A stretch of DNA of 64,000 bases from Macrostomum lignano (Eukaryota). The notes under the pieces are model-generated. The model had not been told where the DNA came from and made no database searches. It was given only the letters and a program-made list of their open reading frames with translations. The position numbers and the translations under genes are program-made. Of the stretch, positions 54,169 to 63,914 are shown piece after piece. Every line of letters starts with the position of its first letter. Position 1 is the stretch's first letter. Location of the stretch: contig NIVC01001753.1 in the NCBI GenBank assembly GCA_002269645.1, positions 1-64,000 on the forward strand, read 5' to 3'.

Positions 54169-55032
54169 TTACATTCTCTCAATGATTAACGTCAATACAA
54201 ACTCTTCACCGTTGAAATCAACACCCATCCCATCTTCAGTCTCAAACTGTAGCACAATCTCGTGAATCTTTTTATTACTCAATACAACTCTTTTCACTGG
54301 ATTTGGTTTCTCTACCACCATCTGTCCTCCAGCAACAGAGTTGGAGATGTTGTACAAAATATTCGTTCGCTTTCCCTTAAATACCCAATCAAGACTGAGA
54401 TTGCTTCTGATTAGAATATTCAAACCCTTTACAATGTCTGCAATATTGGGTGCTAAGAACAAACCGCTTACACTTTCCCGGACCATTCTAACAGTTCCCG
54501 ATGCTTGAGTGGCGGTCCGCGCCGCGGATTCTGCCTTATAAACTTTCTTCTCGAATCCCAGTTCCCTATACCAAGTGTCATCTTTAAACTCAACCTCCGC
54601 ATCTTTGTGAACTTGCATGACCACTCTCATTACAGTGAGATCATAGGTTAGTTTGACAGGGAACAGTTTCTTCTCTGGCTTACTCGCATCAGGTGTCTCA
54701 AAATGGCCTCTCTTAGTAAAGACATTTTCTAGAAAGTTATTGTAGGTATCCACACTTTGCGTGCTCACATGGAATACCACAGGGTCTGCTGCTGCACCTT
54801 TCCATTTGTAATAAAACTTATTATTTGCTGCCATCACATTGGGAACGTTTGACCAACCAGTGAAGTCGTTAAGATAGACATGGTAATTAGCGCCTGGATC
54901 CAGGCGAATCGCCTGCTCTAATTTTTCAACAAACATCCCGTTTGAGTCATTAATTCGCCCAGTTATTGTAATAGGAATGCTCTCCTTGGAGTGAGAAACA
55001 ATATTATTTAGTCTTTCAGCAATCGCTTCCAT
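54169..55032 (-). CDS. Putative minor capsid protein (penton-like single jelly roll) of a Polinton/adintovirus
   Basis: IRLDPGANYHVYL...SNVPNVMAANNKFYY at the N-terminus and IHEIVLQFETEDGMGVDFNGEEFVLTLIIE at the C-terminus match the Polinton minor capsid pattern; lies directly downstream of the MCP. Confidence 0.75.
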   Translation of the reverse strand: MEAIAERLNNIVSHSKESIPITITGRINDSNGMFVEKLEQAIRLDPGANYHVYLNDFTGWSNVPNVMAANNKFYYKWKGAAADPVVFHVSTQSVDTYNNFLENVFTKRGHFETPDASKPEKKLFPVKLTYDLTVMRVVMQVHKDAEVEFKDDTWYRELGFEKKVYKAESAARTATQASGTVRMVRESVSGLFLAPNIADIVKGLNILIRSNLSLDWVFKGKRTNILYNISNSVAGGQMVVEKPNPVKRVVLSNKKIHEIVLQFETEDGMGVDFNGEEFVLTLIIERM

Positions 55033-55447
55033 TTTTTTTCACATAAAAAAATATTTAAACTTTACTGGATGAATTGTTGATCATGTTAAGCTTCACCTTC
55101 CTCTCAAATGCATAGATAATGTACAGGTCCACGGGTGTTGCGGTAGTCCTCTCAATGTTAGTCACGATATTCACAGGGCTGTTATCAGTAGGCATTTGTC
55201 TGGCAGACACATCAGCGCCAAACATCGGATATAGAGTTCCATATTGAAGAGCAGTGATAGCAATTCCATTGTTCTCTTTCACAGCCAAGTCGACCAACTC
55301 GCTGTAAAATTTGCTAATCTTGTTCTGACTGAAATCTCCATTTTGTGGCAGTGCAGGGTAAAGATTATCACTGATTTCATGCTGAATGGACCGCACGTCT
55401 CCATGCATGTAGCGTATAATGCTATTTGGGTTTCTCATATTAATAAT

Positions 55448-55682
55448 TGTTGTGAATTGAACTCCGGCTGAAGTATTTAACTCATGAGCTTAAGATTCTT
55501 TATATTTCTTATTTTGAAAGAGATCAGAAGGGTGAGCTATAGGAACTTTGGGCTGGGTTAATTACCATAGAAGAAACTGTAGCGATAGAATGCTTAGAGG
55601 CGATTAGTGCAAACAAACGGCATAGAATAACGAACTTGAACTTATATAAACTATAGTGCATCTCAGTGTGCGATACACCACA
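55448..55682 (-). repeat. 3' LTR (235 bp, TGTGGTG...CACAACA)
   Basis: Matches 59554-59780; preceded on the minus strand by a polypurine tract. Confidence 0.93.
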
Positions 55683-55785
55683 TGCCCCTCCCTATATTCA
55701 GAAGATGTCAATTGGAACAGAGAAGTCGTTTCATGTCGTTTCATTAGTTTCGCGTTTTTTTTTTCAACCCTCCTCGGATACCAGT

Positions 55786-58137
55786 TTAAGGCACAAAGCG
55801 CTCAGGAGCGGATCGGTTTCTGAGGCTCCTTCTCAGCTGAACGGCTTCTTCAGGCACGGGTGTCTGAATCCCTGCGACTGGCTCGTTTCCGGTTTCTGGC
55901 ACGCTGTTAGTCTCATCTTCGTCCTCCATCTCGAATTCCGATGGCTGGGTGGCCATTGGGGCAAGTTGATTTGTGCTTGCAAGGCGAAGCCCATCGTCAG
56001 CGAGGATCCATGCTGTGTTTTGACCTGCCGTCATCACGAACTTTGCCGGGTTGCCGACTGAGGAGCTGCTTGGCGCATAGATCACGCTGTCACCCTGTTC
56101 GAAGTTGGTCACCACCGGGACTCTGAGTCGCCGTCCAAAAAGAATTTCGGCTGGGCAGCAGCCCCGCGAAGAGGCTGAGTTTCTGTGGTGCAGGAGGACC
56201 TTTTGCAAGAAGCGGCTAAACTCCATGTGCGTAATTTTTTCAGACCAGGCCCTTAGTGCGGACTTGACGGTCTGAACGGCCCTTTCTGCGGCTCCATTCG
56301 CCTGCGGGTAATAGGTGGGTAACTCGAGCTTCTTGGCACCATTGGCGCGGAGCCACGATGTGAGCACTTCAGTGGTGAACTCTGGGGCGTTGTCCGAAAC
56401 CACCAGCTCGGGGACGCCGAACCGTGTGAATACGGTACGCAGGCACTGAATGACTGAATCAGCTGTGCGATCGCGGCAAGGAAATGCTTCTATCCAGCCG
56501 GAAAAGGAATCCACGATGACCAGGATGTTTCCAGCGCCTTTTACGTATGCCCAGTCCATGTGTACGCGCTGGAACGGATACGTTGATGGAGGCCAGCGAT
56601 CCCTGTCGTGGCCGAGTTGAGGCCGAAGCCTGCAGCAGTCTGGACAGCGTCGAACAAACTGGGCAACGTCCTGTTGCATTCCGGGCCACCAGCAGCTGGT
56701 AGACATTAGACTGTGCGCTGCATGCATGCCCGTGTGCGTGTCGTGAATGGCATCGAACGCGGCCTTGCGCAGTCTTGGTGGAATGAAGACTCTTCTTTGC
56801 ATGTAGAGTAGTCCATTTTCTAGCGTTTTGTTTGAGACTTTTTTGAACTGCGCTTCTGCCTGGCTGCAGTTTCGCCAATCGCCTTGGCGGACGCGATTGA
56901 GAATTCTCTGGGTGAGCGCGTCTAACTCCATCTCCGCTGTGATTCGTTTAGCGTCGATCACAGGTGATTCAAATGCGATTGAATTAATCGTCTCGAATGT
57001 GGCCTTGTCGTCTGATGAGCTGTCATCGAATCTGAGTCTGGATAAGGCATCTACGTGTGGAATGCTACTGCCACGTGCATACTGAATTCGGTAATCAAAC
57101 TGCATCAGGTACAAAACCCAGCGTCCGATTCGGGCTGAGGCATCCACTGGGACGCCGGATCCGGAGCCAAAAAGTCGGATGAGCGGTTGATGGTCTGTGC
57201 GTATTGTGAATGGTCGGCCATGGAAGTAGTGCTTCAAGCGTGCGATGGCCCAAACAATAGCCAAGGCCTCCCGCTCGATGTTAGAATAATTGGATTCAGC
57301 GGAGGACAGGCTACGTGACACGTATATCACGGGATGGCCATCTTGTGTTGCCACGGCGGCGAGGGCTCCTTTGGAAGCATCAGTGGTCAGCGTCAGTTCC
57401 TTTGTCAAGCTGTAGGGCTGGACCACAGGCGCTGAAGCGATTTCCAGCTTTAGGCTCTCGAACGCTTTGGAACACTCCTCCGACCACACGAACGGAACGC
57501 TTGCTTGTCGTAGTCTATTAAGCGGTGCAGTTTTGCCTGCAAAGTTTGGGATGAGGCGGCCGAAGAAGTTTACCAAGCCAAGAAAGTGAGCGAGCTCTGA
57601 TTTATTTGCTGGCGGGCACACATGGCGAATTTTCTCCACTAGGCGATCATCGGGCTGAATACCAGCCGCGGATATTCGGAAGCCCAAGAACGAAACCGAA
57701 TCGCAATAGCTGATGCTTTTCGCTTCGTTGATAGTCACGCGCTTCTCAGATAGACGCGTTCGCACAGCAGCGAGGCGCTTCTCCAGCGTGGGTTTGTCTG
57801 GCGCGTGAATGAGAATGTCGTCTTGGTAGATAAGCAGTCCTTTGATGTCTCCTAGAATGGATTCCATGGTGCGTTGGAAGATGAAGGAGGCGTTCTTCAT
57901 CCCCATTTGCAGCCGATTGACACGATAGAGCCCGCGGGACGTGTTTATTACCGATAGGTCTCTCGCGGCTTCATCAAGCTCGATCTGCCAGTACGCCGAA
58001 CGTAGATCGACTGTGGCGAAAGTTTTGGCGTTCTTTAGCTTGGAGAACATGGTCTCGATGTGTGGAATGGGATATGAGTCTGATTTGATCTTCGAATTGA
58101 CGTGCACGCTGTAGTCCGCGCACATGCGGAGTTCCAT
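55786..58137 (-). CDS. Pol: reverse transcriptase, RNase H, integrase (frameshifted from the upstream gag-protease ORF near 58135)
   Basis: RT motifs LRMCADY, VDLRSAYWQ, YQDD; RNase H motifs TTDASK, EREALA, TDHQPL; integrase HHCC (HDTH...CPDC) and D-D-E (IVDSFS, SDNAPEF, AERAV). Confidence 0.95.
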   Translation of the reverse strand: MELRMCADYSVHVNSKIKSDSYPIPHIETMFSKLKNAKTFATVDLRSAYWQIELDEAARDLSVINTSRGLYRVNRLQMGMKNASFIFQRTMESILGDIKGLLIYQDDILIHAPDKPTLEKRLAAVRTRLSEKRVTINEAKSISYCDSVSFLGFRISAAGIQPDDRLVEKIRHVCPPANKSELAHFLGLVNFFGRLIPNFAGKTAPLNRLRQASVPFVWSEECSKAFESLKLEIASAPVVQPYSLTKELTLTTDASKGALAAVATQDGHPVIYVSRSLSSAESNYSNIEREALAIVWAIARLKHYFHGRPFTIRTDHQPLIRLFGSGSGVPVDASARIGRWVLYLMQFDYRIQYARGSSIPHVDALSRLRFDDSSSDDKATFETINSIAFESPVIDAKRITAEMELDALTQRILNRVRQGDWRNCSQAEAQFKKVSNKTLENGLLYMQRRVFIPPRLRKAAFDAIHDTHTGMHAAHSLMSTSCWWPGMQQDVAQFVRRCPDCCRLRPQLGHDRDRWPPSTYPFQRVHMDWAYVKGAGNILVIVDSFSGWIEAFPCRDRTADSVIQCLRTVFTRFGVPELVVSDNAPEFTTEVLTSWLRANGAKKLELPTYYPQANGAAERAVQTVKSALRAWSEKITHMEFSRFLQKVLLHHRNSASSRGCCPAEILFGRRLRVPVVTNFEQGDSVIYAPSSSSVGNPAKFVMTAGQNTAWILADDGLRLASTNQLAPMATQPSEFEMEDEDETNSVPETGNEPVAGIQTPVPEEAVQLRRSLRNRSAPERFVP

Positions 58138-59553
58138 CCTTCTTCTTTACCCACACTACGGGTGAAGCGTTACTAACCGGACCCTCTGTTGGCTCGATGA
58201 CACCAAGTTGGTGGAGGCGATCCAGTTCTGCGCTGATTTGGCTTTCTAGGGCGAGTGGCACAGCACGAGCGCGGCAAAATTGTGGTTTAGCACCGTCCAC
58301 CAGTTCCATTCGGGCCTTAACGCCTCGGATACAGGGCAGAGGTTCGATGGCATTTTTTTCTGCTTGAACATCGCTGGCATGGAAGACACCGTCAGACTCG
58401 AGGAGGTCGCGGCCAAGCAACCCGTGCGTCTTTTCCGAAGAGACTACAATCAGTTCCACTGGTTGAAGGCGTCCTCGTAGCTCCACAGTTGCAGTCACTT
58501 TGCCAAGCGATTTCATGACGTGCCCGTCGAAGGCCTCCAAGCGCCGATTGGAACGCATGAGTGGTGGCTTACCCAGTAGAGCCCACTGCGCACTGGAGAG
58601 CACGGAGACTGATGCTCCCGTGTCGATCTGCATTTTGAAGGGCTTATCGTTGATGCGCACAGTCTCCATAGATACTTCAATCGAATTGAGCGCATCGATG
58701 AGATGCAGTACGTATGTTTTTTGTTGGGCGGAATCTGAATCCTCCTCACAAGTAGTCGTGTAGTGCATGGATCGAGACTTACAAACAGTACTGAAGTGGT
58801 TTTTCTTTCCACACTTGTAGCAGCTTTTTCCGAAAGCCGGGCATCTGCCTTCAGGGTGTGACTTGCCACAGTACCGACAGGCGCTGATTGTGCGACGAGA
58901 GCTTGCATGCTGCGATGTCTCAGGCCGACCGGATTGAGCGTAATGAAGGGTGGCTTCGTAGGTGCATGGTGATTTAGATTGGCCGGTTGCCTTGTCCATC
59001 TGCCTGGCGACGAAGCCATCGACTTGCTCTAGGTTGCGTATGAAGTCCGTGATTTCTGAGACGGACATCAGTTTCAGCTGCATTGCTTCGAGTACGCGCT
59101 GCTGCTCCCGGCTATCGCGCAGTCCTGCGATGAGTGCCGTACTGATTAGCTCCTCGGAAGGGCTTCTGCATGCCTTGAGGTCGTCGAACTTGCAGTCAGT
59201 GGCCGCCTGGCGGAGACGACTGACGAAATCAGAAATGCTTTCTCCTTGCAGTTGTTGCGTCTTGAAGAATCGCGCGCGCTCAGCGATTATCAGTTTCTCT
59301 TTGGGGCGCAGATACGTGGCAAATGTCGTCTGAATATCCTCGAATGAGAGCTCCGTGAGTGGGCGTGGCGACACCAGACTCTGCAGCTTTTCAAGCGCGG
59401 TGAGTCCACAGATAGCGAGAAAGTTGTCAGCGAACGTTTTTTTTCGGTTGAATCAGACCAGCCTTTCGCTCTGGCCAGCGCTTGAAAGGCAGTCAGCCAA
59501 ACCTGTGCTCGGTCAGGTTTATCCAGCGGCAGTTCGCCGAGCTGCGACGCCAT
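57974..59553 (-). CDS. Gag (two CCHC knuckles) plus aspartic protease; 1-nt frameshift in the A8 run at 59437-59444
   Basis: CRYCGKSH...CPAFGKSCYKCGKKNHFSTVC and QIDTGAS. Adding one A joins MASQLGEL...DSTEKK to TFADNFLAICG...VSPRPLTEL. Confidence 0.9.
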
Positions 59554-59780
59554 TGTTGTGAATTGAACTCCGGCTGAAGTATTTAACTCATGAGCTTAAG
59601 ATTCTTTATATTTCTTATTTTGAAAGAGATCAGAAGGGTGAGCTATAGGAACTTTGGGCTGGGTTAATTACCATAGAAGAAACTGTAGCGATAGAATGCT
59701 TAGAGGCGATTAGTGCAAACAAACGGCATAGAATAACGAACTTGAACTTATATAAACTATAGTGCATCTCAGTGTGCGAT
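59554..59780 (-). repeat. 5' LTR lacking its first 8 bp (TGTGGTGT)
   Basis: Direct comparison with the 3' LTR. Confidence 0.92.
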
Positions 59781-61040
59781 CGCCGTTTTCAGTGTGCGAA
59801 CGGGTGTTGCGGTAGTCCTCTCAATGTTAGTCACGATATTCACAGGGCTGTTATCAGTAGGCATTTGTCTGGCAGACACATCAGCGCCAAACATCGGATA
59901 TAGAGTTCCATATTGAAGAGCAGTGATAGCAATTCCATTGTTCTCTTTCACAGCCAAGTCGACCAACTCGCTGTAAAATTTGCTAATCTTGTTCTGACTG
60001 AAATCTCCATTTTGTGGCAGTGCAGGGTAAAGATTATCACTGATTTCATGCTGAATGGACCGCACGTCTCCATGCATGTAGCGTATGATGCTATTTGGGT
60101 TTCTCATATTAATAATGATATACCTTGGATTGCTGCATGATCCCTCTTTGATGCAGATGTTTGTTCTAGTTTCGTTTCGCTCATCTCGACACATGTAGGC
60201 CGTGTATGCAACATCAATGTCCTTCTCTATTGCCTTAAGATAATCCACTTTTAGTACAGTCTTTGGCTCAATGACTTCCAAATACAGCTCGATTCCGGTT
60301 AGCTTCACCTCCATCCTTGTGTGGTCCGCCCCAGTCCACAACACTCTACTGCGATCATCTCTAGTCAGTCTAAATGTGTAGCTAAAGTTACTAGTCAGTC
60401 GATTAAATGTATTACAGAATCCACTCATGAATCTCAATGGTACAAATACATCAACAGACCGATACTGCGGGTTCTTAGCAGCATCATCTGCACCTTGCAA
60501 TGCATAGTTGTATCTCTTCTTCCTATTTTTATAACCACTGTCATTGATGTCTCCTTCTTTTTCGTCTGCAATAAAACCCGCACCACTTCCCAATTGAATA
60601 AAATCAGGATTCTCGATCAAACAATGAGCGTCATAGACAATTCCAAAGTTGGCGAGTCGCTCCAACTCAGTGCTCCCATTCGATACACTAAACTCCTTGA
60701 ACATGTACGCCCAAAAGTAACTGATCAGAGCCACATCCGCATCATGCTTGTCAACGTTAGCACGAGCCGCATCCGCACCACCCTTTGTCTTGAATTGAAA
60801 TGTCATATGGAAGCCGCTCTTAAGACTGTGCACACTAACCAAAGACGAACATCCATTGTATGTAAATGTCAGTGTTTGACCAGGACCAAGATTAGTTTTA
60901 TTCTGATTTTCCTGACTGGGAACTCTTACCTGAGTCGCTTTGATTGTGCTATCATCACTCAAAATAGGCTTGTTAATTTTGTAGAAAACTGGTGTCAGTG
61001 GGTCGTTCATTTTTTAACTAAAAATAAAATAAAATAAGAA

Positions 61041-61385
61041 ATGAAGCGAAAAAGTACACAGCAGATATCTGAATTGGAGAAGCTAGCACAAGCAGAGAAA
61101 CGAGTTACCGGGCTAATAAATAAGGAGCAGCAATCCTACAATGAGTTTGTCCAAGCAGCCACAGAGTTTCATAAACCCGGGTATGGAGAAGCGAAGAAAA
61201 ACATCGACACTGTGAAGGAAGCAATTGATGATATTCAAGAGAGCCAATTGCAAAACACATTGGGTAAAATCCCATCTTCACCGGAACAACCACAGGCTCA
61301 GCAACCAGGACAACCAGTGCAGACGGATAACTTTTTTGGCCCCGTAATGGTTGATGGAAAATATATTTTTGGAATTAGCGCCTAG
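61041..61385 (+). CDS. Viral hypothetical protein (114 aa, N-terminal coiled coil); may be a broken N-terminal part of the next ORF
   Basis: ORF divergent from the MCP across a 30-bp A/T spacer. Confidence 0.55.
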   Translation: MKRKSTQQISELEKLAQAEKRVTGLINKEQQSYNEFVQAATEFHKPGYGEAKKNIDTVKEAIDDIQESQLQNTLGKIPSSPEQPQAQQPGQPVQTDNFFGPVMVDGKYIFGISA

Positions 61386-61455
61386 CGAAAAAATATTACC
61401 AAAAAAATATTAGTGTTGCGACTGGCAACACTTAGAACAACACTCTCCAGATCGA

Positions 61456-61734
61456 ATGAAGCGAATCAATGACAGAGTATTCACACCTCAACAAAGACAA
61501 GCGCCACATGACAGTTCCTCCTCTGACCAATCATTCGAATCACCTCCAAGCTCTTCCGGAAAAGGCATGCCTGAATTCTACAAGCGGTTAGCTGTTCTTC
61601 TAGGAGCGGCAAAGACCGGAATGAAAGACGAGAATAGAAAAGAATTTGTCAACACCCTGGACAAAATGCTTGAGAGAAAATATATCGATAAAAGAGCAAG
61701 AGAACTTTTGCTTTCACGGTTTAACAAAAAATAA
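61456..61734 (+). CDS. Viral hypothetical protein with helical C-terminal motif RLAVLLGAAKTG...EFVNTLDKML
   Basis: The motif resembles a recurrent Polinton/adintovirus small protein (recognised from memory, not searched). Confidence 0.55.
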   Translation: MKRINDRVFTPQQRQAPHDSSSSDQSFESPPSSSGKGMPEFYKRLAVLLGAAKTGMKDENRKEFVNTLDKMLERKYIDKRARELLLSRFNKK

Positions 61735-61750
61735 ATTTCTATTTAAAAAG

Positions 61751-62131
61751 ATGCCAATTATTTTCGAAAAAGACATTGACAAATACTATGACAAAGAGGA
61801 ACTTAATCTCATTAAACGCGGATCTGGACTTTTCCCTGCAGGCCACTATCCAAGAAAAGAACGCTCTGGGAACGGTCTTGCCGATTTGATCGCTCAGGGG
61901 GCCAAGATTTTTAAGGTCATTGGAGAGAACAAAGAGAACATCAAGAACGTTGCCGAAGCGGCTGGCAGTGTAGTCACAGCAGCCAAGAAGATTAAAGATA
62001 CGGTTAATGAAACCCAGAAATCAATACCAGATATTCAACCCCTTGCACCGAGTGCAGATAGTGTCGATCCAGCCATCTACGCAAAGATGAGAGCTGAATA
62101 TAAGAAAGGAGGCGGTTTTAAATTTGACTAA
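61751..62131 (+). CDS. Viral small basic/amphipathic protein with GxG motifs (possible virion core or membrane protein)
   Basis: RGSG-L, SGNG-L and KGGG-F motifs plus an amphipathic segment LADLIAQGAKIFKVIG. ATG at 61751 follows TTTAAAAG. Confidence 0.55.
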   Translation: MPIIFEKDIDKYYDKEELNLIKRGSGLFPAGHYPRKERSGNGLADLIAQGAKIFKVIGENKENIKNVAEAAGSVVTAAKKIKDTVNETQKSIPDIQPLAPSADSVDPAIYAKMRAEYKKGGGFKFD

Positions 62132-62327
62132 TTTGGTGCACCCTGACGGTAAAAGAGATGTGAGGGTGTAGGACTAGTCGGATGTAGGACTAGTCAAAAA
62201 AAGACACACACAACCCGAAAAAAGACACACACATCCCGCAAAGAGACACACACATACACATCCCGAAAAAAGACACACGCGTCTTAAATAAACAAGTTTA
62301 AAAAGAAAAAGTTTTTTTACATAAAAA

Positions 62328-63128
62328 ATGGACTTCACAAACGACTTTCATCCCCACTGGACACGCAATCAGATAAAATTTGCTCACAACGAGATAATTC
62401 CAGGGCACTTCCGATGCATTGTTGTTGGCTCATCTGGGTCAGGGAAAACCTTCAGAGTTTTTAACATGCTCCTCAGACCTGGATTCCTCGATTATGATAC
62501 ACTACATATCTATTCACCCACTCTGTATCAAGATGAGTATAAAATGCTAGTAGCGGGCCTACAGAACAAACTCAACAAGGAAGATATTATTCAATGTTTT
62601 AGACATCAAAAAGACCTCAACAGCAACCCGGAAGTTGTAGCCACTGAATACGCAAAGCACATCCCAGACAATGAAAAATGGCAAAACATTAAAGTTTTCA
62701 CTTATGGAGATCCACAGATAGATCCTAAAACTAAACTCTTACCTCAACCTGATGAACTAGAAAAGGGGAGAAAGCACCTGATTGTCTTTGATGACTGCAT
62801 GACCGGTCCCCAGAAACAGATAGAAAATTATTTCACCCGGGGTAGACACAATAACTGCAATGTTATTTACATTGCCCAAAACTGGTTTGAACTGCCAAAT
62901 AAAACAATTAGAGGTAACTGTAATTTGATTCTCCTTTTCCCAACCATACCACAGGATCGACTGAAATGATTTTATAATGAGGTCATTGCCCCAGCTCACA
63001 TTACATATCCAGCTAAGAACTCTAACAGAACAATATCACAGGAGGAATTTGTTAACATATGCTATGAAAAGTGGAATCAACCCTATCAGTTTGTCATGAT
63101 TAATAAGGAGAAAAGAATTTTACTTTAA
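62328..63128 (+). pseudogene. FtsK/HerA (A32-like) DNA packaging ATPase with one in-frame TGA at 62967-62969
   Basis: Walker A GSSGSGKT, Walker B LIVFDDC and RGRHNNCNVIYIAQ. The same frame continues past the TGA to EEFVNICYEKWNQPYQFVMIN and TAA at 63126-63128. Confidence 0.88.
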
Positions 63129-63145
63129 TTTTTTTATTTAAAAAA

Positions 63146-63880
63146 ATGTCAGTAAATTTTGCAGGTGAGTCAACTACAGGCAACAGCACTCTCACAACTT
63201 CCTTCCTTGACAAGCGCTACATTAACACTGATGAGGAGATCCCAGAGATCAAACTGAATAAAAACAGAGTGAAACAATTAGAACGTTCCATGCACCAGTT
63301 GCAAATGAACATGGAAGATCTCAGGCTTAAAGTAGCTAGACAGAAGTTTGACAGTGATAAGCTTTATGTGCCGTTGTTAAACGCAACTAATGAACTAAGG
63401 TCAGAAATAACTTCGGCGGTCTCGCAAATCAACGGCTTGAGATCTACAGTTAATCTTCTGGGAAATTCCACTGATAGACGGATGCGTATTCTTGAAGGAG
63501 GAGTTTTCACAAACACAGCTAAAGTGAATAATTTAGAAGAGTTCATAAACCAGTCAACAGCATTGCATGATAGAATTAGAGAAAACGTCGCAACCAACAC
63601 AGTTAAAGTGAGGAATTTACAAGAGTTCATGAACCAGTCAACATCGTTGCATGATAGAATTAAAGAAAGACTTGATGCATTAGAGAGAAACGATGTATCA
63701 CACAGTAGCTATCTAAACGGAATGTATAGCTCTTGGGGTAAAATAATAAGGAGGCTTAATCGCCTGGAGAGAACACTCAATCTTCGTGATATTGCTATTG
63801 ATGAAGCAGAATCTGCTGCTCGTCCGGTCATTACTGCAGATGAAATTATCAAAAAGAAAACAGACCTTCAAACCGGATAG
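63146..63880 (+). CDS. Viral coiled-coil protein (244 aa) with an internal duplication; fibre/spike candidate
   Basis: Heptad-rich; repeats NTAKVNNLEEFINQSTALHDRIRE / NTVKVRNLQEFMNQSTSLHDRIKE; AAAAAAATG start context. Confidence 0.7.
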   Translation: MSVNFAGESTTGNSTLTTSFLDKRYINTDEEIPEIKLNKNRVKQLERSMHQLQMNMEDLRLKVARQKFDSDKLYVPLLNATNELRSEITSAVSQINGLRSTVNLLGNSTDRRMRILEGGVFTNTAKVNNLEEFINQSTALHDRIRENVATNTVKVRNLQEFMNQSTSLHDRIKERLDALERNDVSHSSYLNGMYSSWGKIIRRLNRLERTLNLRDIAIDEAESAARPVITADEIIKKKTDLQTG

Positions 63881-63914
63881 TTTTATATTTTTTTTATTTT
63901 TTCTAGAGAAAAAA

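Larger units (their letters stand above)
55448..59780 (-). mobile_element. Ty3/Gypsy LTR retrotransposon, Mag-like clade, near full length
   Basis: Two matching LTRs (55448-55682 and 59554-59780), a PPT (AGGGAGGGGCA on -), a putative PBS TGGCGTCGCAG, and gag-PR-RT-RH-IN gene order. Confidence 0.95.
55055..61010 (-). pseudogene. Major capsid protein (double jelly roll, hexon-like) interrupted by an LTR retrotransposon; reconstructed ORF 61010-59800 + 55130-55055 = 428 aa
   Basis: Motifs ILSDDSTI, LERLANFG, DVFVPLRFMSGFCNTFNRL...FRLTR, PRYIIINMR, YGTLYPMFGADVS and a C-terminal LYIIYAFERKV. The two halves overlap by 317 bp. Confidence 0.78.

Noticed and set aside
58125-58145. Programmed ribosomal frameshift between the gag-protease and pol ORFs
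   Set aside because: The break falls inside the RT N-terminal motif (KKDG-LRMC) and has no clear slippery heptamer; a mutation or sequencing indel is more likely.
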